Made by a program: the position numbers and the translations under genes. DNA of 64,000 nt from positions 1,011,377 through 1,075,376 of the forward strand of contig CAVZYR010000003.1 of assembly GCA_963779605.1 (NCBI GenBank), in the 5' to 3' direction. The notes beneath the pieces are model-generated. The model did no database searches. It was not told the origin of the DNA and saw nothing but the letters and a program-made list of their open reading frames with translations. Positions 58,586 to 64,000 of this stretch are shown piece by piece (positions within the stretch are counted from its first letter, which is position 1; each line of letters begins with the position of its first letter). Source of the stretch: an uncultured Solirubrobacteraceae bacterium (GTDB lineage Bacteria; Actinomycetota; Thermoleophilia; Solirubrobacterales; Solirubrobacteraceae).

Positions 58586-59755
58586 CTATTCGCCCGCACT
58601 GTCGCTGAGCGCCCGGGACAGGCGCGTCACCGCCTCGATGACGTCGTCCTCCTCGATCGTCAGCGGCGGCAGCAGCCTAAGCGTGGTCGGCCCGGTGGCG
58701 TTCACGATCAGCCGCTGCTCCAAGAGCGCGCGCCGCGCGACCGCGGGCGCCGGCACATCGAGCTCGCAGGCGAGCATCAGCCCGCGACCGCGCACCGCGC
58801 TCACCTCGGGCAGCGGCTCGAGGGCGCCGGCGAGCATCTGCCCGCGCTCGCGCACACGGGCGAGCAGCTCGGGATCGTCGGTCACCTCGAGGGCCGCGAG
58901 CGCCGCGCTCGCGATCACGGGGCCGCCGCCGAAGGTCGAGGCGTGGTCGCCCGGCTGGAGCACGTCGGCCAGCCGCTCGCCGGTGACGAGCGCGCCGATC
59001 GGAAGGCCCCCGCCCAGCGCCTTGGCGAGCGTCATCGCGTCGGGCTCGACGCCCGTCTGCTGATACGCCCACAGCGTCCCGGTGCGGCCCATCCCGCACT
59101 GGACCTCGTCGAAGATCAGCGACGCGCCGTGCTCATCGCAGGCATCGCGCGCCGCCCCGAGCAGCTCCGCCGAGAGCACGTGCACGCCGCTCTCGCCCTG
59201 GATCGGCTCGAGCAGCACCGCGGCCGTGTTCTGATCGATCGCGGCGCGCAGCTCCTCCGCCTCGGCGGCGACGGCGCGGAAGCCGGGCACGAGCGGAGCG
59301 AACGGCGCCTGCTTTGCCTCCTGCGGGGTCGCTGACAGCGCGCCGTAGGTGCGCCCGTGAAAGGCGCCGTGTACGACGACGACATCCCCGCCCGGGCGCG
59401 CCTTGCGCGCGAGCTTGATCGCGGCCTCGCTGGCCTCCGCGCCGGAGTTGCAGAAGTAGACCTTGCCGCCGAGGCTCGAGGCCGACAGGCGCTCGGCCAG
59501 GCGCATCGCCGGCTCGGTGTAGAAGAGGTTCGAGACGTGCATCAGCCGCCCCACCTGCGCGCGCACCGCCTCGACCACGCGCGGGTGGCAGTGCCCGAGG
59601 CTCGTCACACCGATGCCGCACAGGAAGTCGAGGTACTCGTTGCCCTCGGCGTCCCACAGGCGCGGACCCTCGCCGCGGACGAACTCGACCGGGTAGCGCG
59701 CGTAGGAGCCCACCACGCTCGTGCGCTCGAGCTCCTGGAGCTCTGACAGCGTCAC
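58586..59755 (-). CDS. argD: Acetylornithine aminotransferase
   Basis: Start VTLSELQEL at 59755; YLDFLCGIG, FCNSGAEA, FHGRTYGAL, EPIQGESG, FDEVQCGMGRTG, TLAKALGGG. Confidence 0.94.
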   Translation of the reverse strand: MTLSELQELERTSVVGSYARYPVEFVRGEGPRLWDAEGNEYLDFLCGIGVTSLGHCHPRVVEAVRAQVGRLMHVSNLFYTEPAMRLAERLSASSLGGKVYFCNSGAEASEAAIKLARKARPGGDVVVVHGAFHGRTYGALSATPQEAKQAPFAPLVPGFRAVAAEAEELRAAIDQNTAAVLLEPIQGESGVHVLSAELLGAARDACDEHGASLIFDEVQCGMGRTGTLWAYQQTGVEPDAMTLAKALGGGLPIGALVTGERLADVLQPGDHASTFGGGPVIASAALAALEVTDDPELLARVRERGQMLAGALEPLPEVSAVRGRGLMLACELDVPAPAVARRALLEQRLIVNATGPTTLRLLPPLTIEEDDVIEAVTRLSRALSDSAGE

Positions 59756-60615
59756 GCGCCGGCCTCGATCTTGGTGCCGATGCCGGCGTCGGTGAACAGC
59801 TCCAGAAGCAGCGAGTGCGCGATCCGCCCGTCGAGGATGTGCGCGGCGCTGACGCCCGCGTGGATGGCGTCCACGCACGCTTCGAGCTTGGGGCGCATGC
59901 CGCCCTCGAGGCCCGGCAGCGCGGCCTGCACCTGCTCGACCGTCGCCTGCCCGATCAGGCTCGAGCCGTCGCCGGGGTCGCCCAGCCAGCCCGGCACGTC
60001 GGTCAGGAACACCATCTTGTAGGCGCCGATCGCGCCCGCCACCGCGCCGGCGGCCTCGTCGGCGTTGACGTTGTATGAGCGGCCGTCGCGGTCGGCGCCG
60101 ACGGAGGCGATCACGGGTATGTAGTCGCTTGCGATGTGCTCGATCACGCCGACGTTGACGCGCTCAATGCGCCCCACGAAGCCGATGTCCTCCCCGTCCG
60201 GAGCGGCCCGGCGGGCGACGCGGAAGAGCGAGCCGTCGTCGCCGCAGAGGCCCACCGCCGCCTGGCCGTGGCGGTTCAGGCGCAGCACGATCTCCTTGTT
60301 GACCTTGCCGACGAGGACCATCTTGGCCACCTCGACCGTCTCCTCATCGGACACGCGCAGACCGCCGACGAACTCGACGGGCAGGCCGAGGCGCTCCATG
60401 TAGGCGGTGATCTCCGGGCCACCGCCGTGGACGACGATCGGGTTCAGCCCGACGTACTTAAGGAGGACAACGTCGCGGGCGAACTCCTCGCGCAGGCCGG
60501 GGTCCTCCATCGCGGCGCCGCCGTACTTGATCACGACCGTCTTCGAGTGGAACTCCCGTATGTAGGGGAGCGCCTCGAGCAGCGTGCCGACGTCGTGCTT
60601 CTGCGTGTCGGTCAT
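59752..60615 (-). CDS. argB: Acetylglutamate kinase
   Basis: Start MTDTQKHD; VIKYGGAAM, VHGGGP, YNVNAD, LTDVPG, GMRPK, HSLLLELFTDAGIGT. Confidence 0.96.
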   Translation of the reverse strand: MTDTQKHDVGTLLEALPYIREFHSKTVVIKYGGAAMEDPGLREEFARDVVLLKYVGLNPIVVHGGGPEITAYMERLGLPVEFVGGLRVSDEETVEVAKMVLVGKVNKEIVLRLNRHGQAAVGLCGDDGSLFRVARRAAPDGEDIGFVGRIERVNVGVIEHIASDYIPVIASVGADRDGRSYNVNADEAAGAVAGAIGAYKMVFLTDVPGWLGDPGDGSSLIGQATVEQVQAALPGLEGGMRPKLEACVDAIHAGVSAAHILDGRIAHSLLLELFTDAGIGTKIEAGA

Positions 60616-61880
60616 GTCGTGTACTCCGCGTTGATCGTCACGTACTCGTGCGAGAGATCGGAGAAGAAGACCTCGGTTTCGGCCCCATCTCCGGGGAGCG
60701 TGACGTCGTACTCGATCTCCGTCCCTTCGACCGCGCGCGCCAGCGCATCCTCGTCGTAGCCGATCGCCGCACCGGCCGAGCACACCGGCGTCCCCTCGAT
60801 CGACAGGTCGACGGCGAGCGGCGGCGTGGCGGCGTCGCGTCCGCCCGCCGCGGCGCCGACGGCCTGAATGATCCGCCCCCAGTTCGGGTCGGCGCCGTGG
60901 AGCGCGGTTTTCACGAGCGGCGAGTTGGCGACCGCGCGCGCGACCGCCTCCACGCCGTCTGGCTGCCCGCCGCGCACGAGCACGCGCGCGATCCGCCGCG
61001 CGCCCTCGCCGTCGGCGACCATCATGATCGCGAGCTGGCGCAGGAGCGCGTCGAGCGCCTGGCCGAAGCGCAGCTCATCCTCGCTCTCGGGAGCGATGCC
61101 GACGCCACTCTCGCCCGAGCACATCAGGATCGCGGTGTCGTTCGTCGAGAGCTGTCCGTCCACGGAGGCGCGGTCGAACGAGCGCTTCACGCACACCCCG
61201 AGCAACAGCTCCGCGGTCTCGGGTGCGAGCGCCGCGTCGCTCTCGATGAAGCACAGCATCGTCGCGAACCGCGGCGAGATCATCCCCGCGCCCTTGCACT
61301 GGGCGCTCAGCCGCACCGGTCCCGAGCCCAGCTCGAGCTCGAGGCTCGCCCGCTTCTCGGAGGCGTCGGTGGTCTGGATCGCCTGCTGGAAGTCGCCGTC
61401 GCCGTCGCCGCTCAGCCGCGGGCGCGCGTCGAGGATGCCCCTGACGATCGCGTCCACGGGCAGGTGGTGGCTGATGCCGCCGGTGGAGGCCAGGGCGACC
61501 TCCGCCGGGTCCACCCCGACCGCCGCCGCGGCGGCCCCCTGGGTCTTCGCCGCATCGTCGAGGCCCCGCCGGCCGGTGGCGGCGTTCGCGCAGCCCGAGT
61601 TGGCGAGCACGGCGCGCAGGGCGCTCAGCCGGCAGCGCTCCTGGCTGACGAGCACCGGCGCGGCGGGCGTGCCGGTCGCGGTGAAGCGCGCGGCGCTGAC
61701 GGGCCGCTCGGCATCACAGACGAGCAGCCCCAGATCGGTGTTGCCGCTGGGCTTGATGCCGCAGGCCACGCCGGCGGCGCGAAAGCCGCGGGGAAGGCCG
61801 GCGCCGGGGCCGAGATCGCGCACGTGCTCGGGCGCGGGCACCCAGCGCGAGTGGAAGAAGGGCTGCGGCGGGCCGCTCAC
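60612..61880 (-). CDS. argJ: Ornithine acetyltransferase
   Basis: GFRAAG, ANSGCANA, KGAGMISPRFATML, DGQLSTNDT, NSPLVKTA, NWGRII, DLSHEYVTINAEYTT; start GTG 61880. Confidence 0.95.
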   Translation of the reverse strand: MSGPPQPFFHSRWVPAPEHVRDLGPGAGLPRGFRAAGVACGIKPSGNTDLGLLVCDAERPVSAARFTATGTPAAPVLVSQERCRLSALRAVLANSGCANAATGRRGLDDAAKTQGAAAAAVGVDPAEVALASTGGISHHLPVDAIVRGILDARPRLSGDGDGDFQQAIQTTDASEKRASLELELGSGPVRLSAQCKGAGMISPRFATMLCFIESDAALAPETAELLLGVCVKRSFDRASVDGQLSTNDTAILMCSGESGVGIAPESEDELRFGQALDALLRQLAIMMVADGEGARRIARVLVRGGQPDGVEAVARAVANSPLVKTALHGADPNWGRIIQAVGAAAGGRDAATPPLAVDLSIEGTPVCSAGAAIGYDEDALARAVEGTEIEYDVTLPGDGAETEVFFSDLSHEYVTINAEYTT

Positions 61881-63010
61881 AACAGGCCTTCGGTCTCGGG
61901 GAAGCCGAACATCACGTTCAGGTTCTGGACCGCCTGCGAGGAGGTCCCCTTCCACAGGTTGTCGATGGCCGAGAACACCAGCACCTTGCCCGTGTGCTCA
62001 TCGCAGGCGGCGAAGATCCGGCAGAAGTTGGTCTCGCGCACCTCGAGCACCCCCGGCGGAGCATCGACCACCTCGATGAAGGGCTCCTCCGCGTAGGCCT
62101 CGGCGAACAGGCCCTGCAGCTCCCGCGGAGCGACCGTGCGCGTGGGCGTCACGTAGCAGCTCGCGAGCTCGCCCTCGTCGAGCGGCACGAGGTGCGCCTG
62201 GAACTGCACAGCGAGGCCCGGCGGGGCGCCGCCCACTCGCCGTTTGGCGCTGTGCGTGCTCCAGCCCGCCGGGCTGTTGGCGGCGGCCAGCGCGAGCTGC
62301 TCCTCGATCTCGGGCGTGTGCCGGTGGGCGGCGACGTTGTAGGCGATGATGTTCTCGCCCGCCATCGACAGGTGCGTGGTCTCATCAAACACGCGCCCGG
62401 CGCCGGATATCCCCTGCTTGGCGTCGATCACCAGATCGCCGATCAGCCCCTGGCGCGCGAGCGGCGCCAAGGCGAGAACAGACGCCGTCGGGTAGCAGCC
62501 CGGGTTGGCCACGATCGTGGCGCTCGCGATCCGCTGGCGGTGAAGCTCGGTCAACCCGTACACGGCCTCCCCCAGCAGGTCGGGGCGCGGATGCGTGCCG
62601 TACCAGCGCTCATAGGTGGGAAGCGAGGAGAGCCGGAAGTCCGCGCTCAGGTCGACCACGCGGGCACCGCGCTCGCGCAGCGCGCCGACGGTGGGCGCGG
62701 CCGCCGCGTGCGGGTAGGCCACCACGGCGGCGTCGATCGGGCCCGCGCCCTCGAGGTCGAGCTGCTCGATCGTCATCGGCACGCGGTAGCGCGGGTAGAG
62801 ATCATCCAGGCGCCTGCCGACCTCCGAGCGGCCGGTGACGGCCGTCAGCTCGAAACGCGGGTGGCGCCACAGAAGGTGTGCTGAGAGCGCACCGGCGAAA
62901 CCGGTAGCCCCGGCGACGATCACGCGCGGCGCGTCCTTCGCGAACGTCTGCGCGGGGAAGGGCGCGGCGGCGGGGGAGGCGCTCGCGCGCGGCTCAGCCA
63001 CGGAGCTCAC
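61877..63010 (-). CDS. argC: N-acetyl-gamma-glutamyl-phosphate reductase
   Basis: GATGFAG, DLSADFRL, ANPGCYPT, GISGAGR, HRHTPEI, AIDNLWKGTSSQAVQNLN. Confidence 0.96.
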   Translation of the reverse strand: MSSVAEPRASASPAAAPFPAQTFAKDAPRVIVAGATGFAGALSAHLLWRHPRFELTAVTGRSEVGRRLDDLYPRYRVPMTIEQLDLEGAGPIDAAVVAYPHAAAAPTVGALRERGARVVDLSADFRLSSLPTYERWYGTHPRPDLLGEAVYGLTELHRQRIASATIVANPGCYPTASVLALAPLARQGLIGDLVIDAKQGISGAGRVFDETTHLSMAGENIIAYNVAAHRHTPEIEEQLALAAANSPAGWSTHSAKRRVGGAPPGLAVQFQAHLVPLDEGELASCYVTPTRTVAPRELQGLFAEAYAEEPFIEVVDAPPGVLEVRETNFCRIFAACDEHTGKVLVFSAIDNLWKGTSSQAVQNLNVMFGFPETEGLL

Positions 63011-64000
63011 CCCCCAGCCCCTCGAGCGCCGCGAGGATGCGTTCGCGCGCCGGGGCGATGTCCTCGTCGGTGAGCGTGCGCTCGGGCGAGCGGAAGGACA
63101 GCGACAGTGCCAGCGAGCGCCTGCCCTGGCCGACCTGCTCGCCGCTGTAGACGTCGAACACGTCCACGTCGTTGAGCACCTCGCCCGCCGCCTCGCGCAC
63201 GACGTCCAGCACCTGCGCTGCGGCGATCGCGTCGGGCAACGTGACGGCGAGGTCCCGGCGCAGCGGGGGGACCGCCGGGAACGGCCGGAACGCGACCACG
63301 GGCGGCGACGCGTCCGCGACCTTGCCGAGATCGACGACGAACACCGCCGTGCGCTCGAGATCCCAGGCGCGGGCGACGAGCGGGTGCAGCTCGCCCAGGA
63401 GCCCGAGCATCTCGGTGCCGGCGAGCACCGCGGCCGAGCGCCCCGGGTGCAGGAAGGGCCACGCGCGCGGCTCGGTCGAGAAGCTCACGTGGAGCTTCCC
63501 GAGCAGCGAGCCGAGCAGGGCCTTGGCGGCGAAGAAGTCGGCCTCGCCCGGGGCGCCCCGCCACGAGCGCGGCGCCAGAGCGCCGCTGAGGAGCACGCCG
63601 AGAGCGTGGTGCTCGTCCGCCAAAGGACCCTCCGCCGAGGCGCGATAGACGGTGCCCGACTCGAAGATCGCCACGTCCGGGCCGTTGCGCGAGACGTTGT
63701 GGCGCGCCGCGTCAAGCAGCGAGCCCAGAAGCGTCGGGCGCATGATCGACTGTGCATCCGACAGCGGGTTATCGAGACGGACGACCGCGCGCATCGGATG
63801 CTCCGCCGGCAGGCGCAGGCGCTCGAGCAGGCCCGGGTCGGTAAAGCTCCAGCCGACCACCTCATACAGGCCGCGGCCGACCAGCGCGTCCTCGGCGGCC
63901 CTGCGCACCCGCTGGGCGTGGCTCAGCATGCCGGCGGCTCCGCGACGGGCGGGGAGGGTTGCGGGAAGGCGATCGACTCCGTCGATCCGCGCGACCTCCT
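62994..64000 (-). CDS. pheT: Phenylalanyl-tRNA synthetase beta subunit (3' part; starts beyond the right edge)
   Basis: LDNPLS..QSIMRPTLLGSLL, FESGTVY, LHPGRSA, GELHP, RRDLAV, FDVYSGEQV, SLALSLSFRSPERTLTD. Confidence 0.95.
   Translation of the reverse strand, partial: EVARIDGVDRLPATLPARRGAAGMLSHAQRVRRAAEDALVGRGLYEVVGWSFTDPGLLERLRLPAEHPMRAVVRLDNPLSDAQSIMRPTLLGSLLDAARHNVSRNGPDVAIFESGTVYRASAEGPLADEHHALGVLLSGALAPRSWRGAPGEADFFAAKALLGSLLGKLHVSFSTEPRAWPFLHPGRSAAVLAGTEMLGLLGELHPLVARAWDLERTAVFVVDLGKVADASPPVVAFRPFPAVPPLRRDLAVTLPDAIAAAQVLDVVREAAGEVLNDVDVFDVYSGEQVGQGRRSLALSLSFRSPERTLTDEDIAPARERILAALEGLGGELRG

Overview
A very GC-rich, gene-dense chromosomal window whose gene content and style point to Solirubrobacterales/Thermoleophilia (Actinomycetota); this is an inference, not a database result. 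Most of it is housekeeping on the minus strand: branched-chain amino-acid genes (leuA, leuCD, leuB, ilvE, cimA, ilvBN, ilvC), serCA, the classical menaquinone pathway (menFDHCAB, menE), gatCAB, folD, pcrA, cysKE with an Rrf2 regulator, gltX, nfo, dnaE, argCJBD, argG and the 3' end of pheT, plus a Ku-LigD NHEJ pair. The less ordinary signals are mostly non-coding or small: a ZTP (pfl) riboswitch before serC-serA, a c-di-GMP-I riboswitch before an orphan type IV pilin, a Leu-rich leader peptide before leuA, many leaderless -10 promoters including a palindromic bidirectional one between menE and menB, two separate patches of SnoaL/NTF2-like genes that share an 86-bp identical block (one patch beside a possible integrase remnant), and a Cys-free Rrf2 protein with a CymR-like C-terminal tail. 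I found no CRISPR array, rRNA, tRNA or intact mobile element, and no clear multi-gene novel system beyond the candidates listed.
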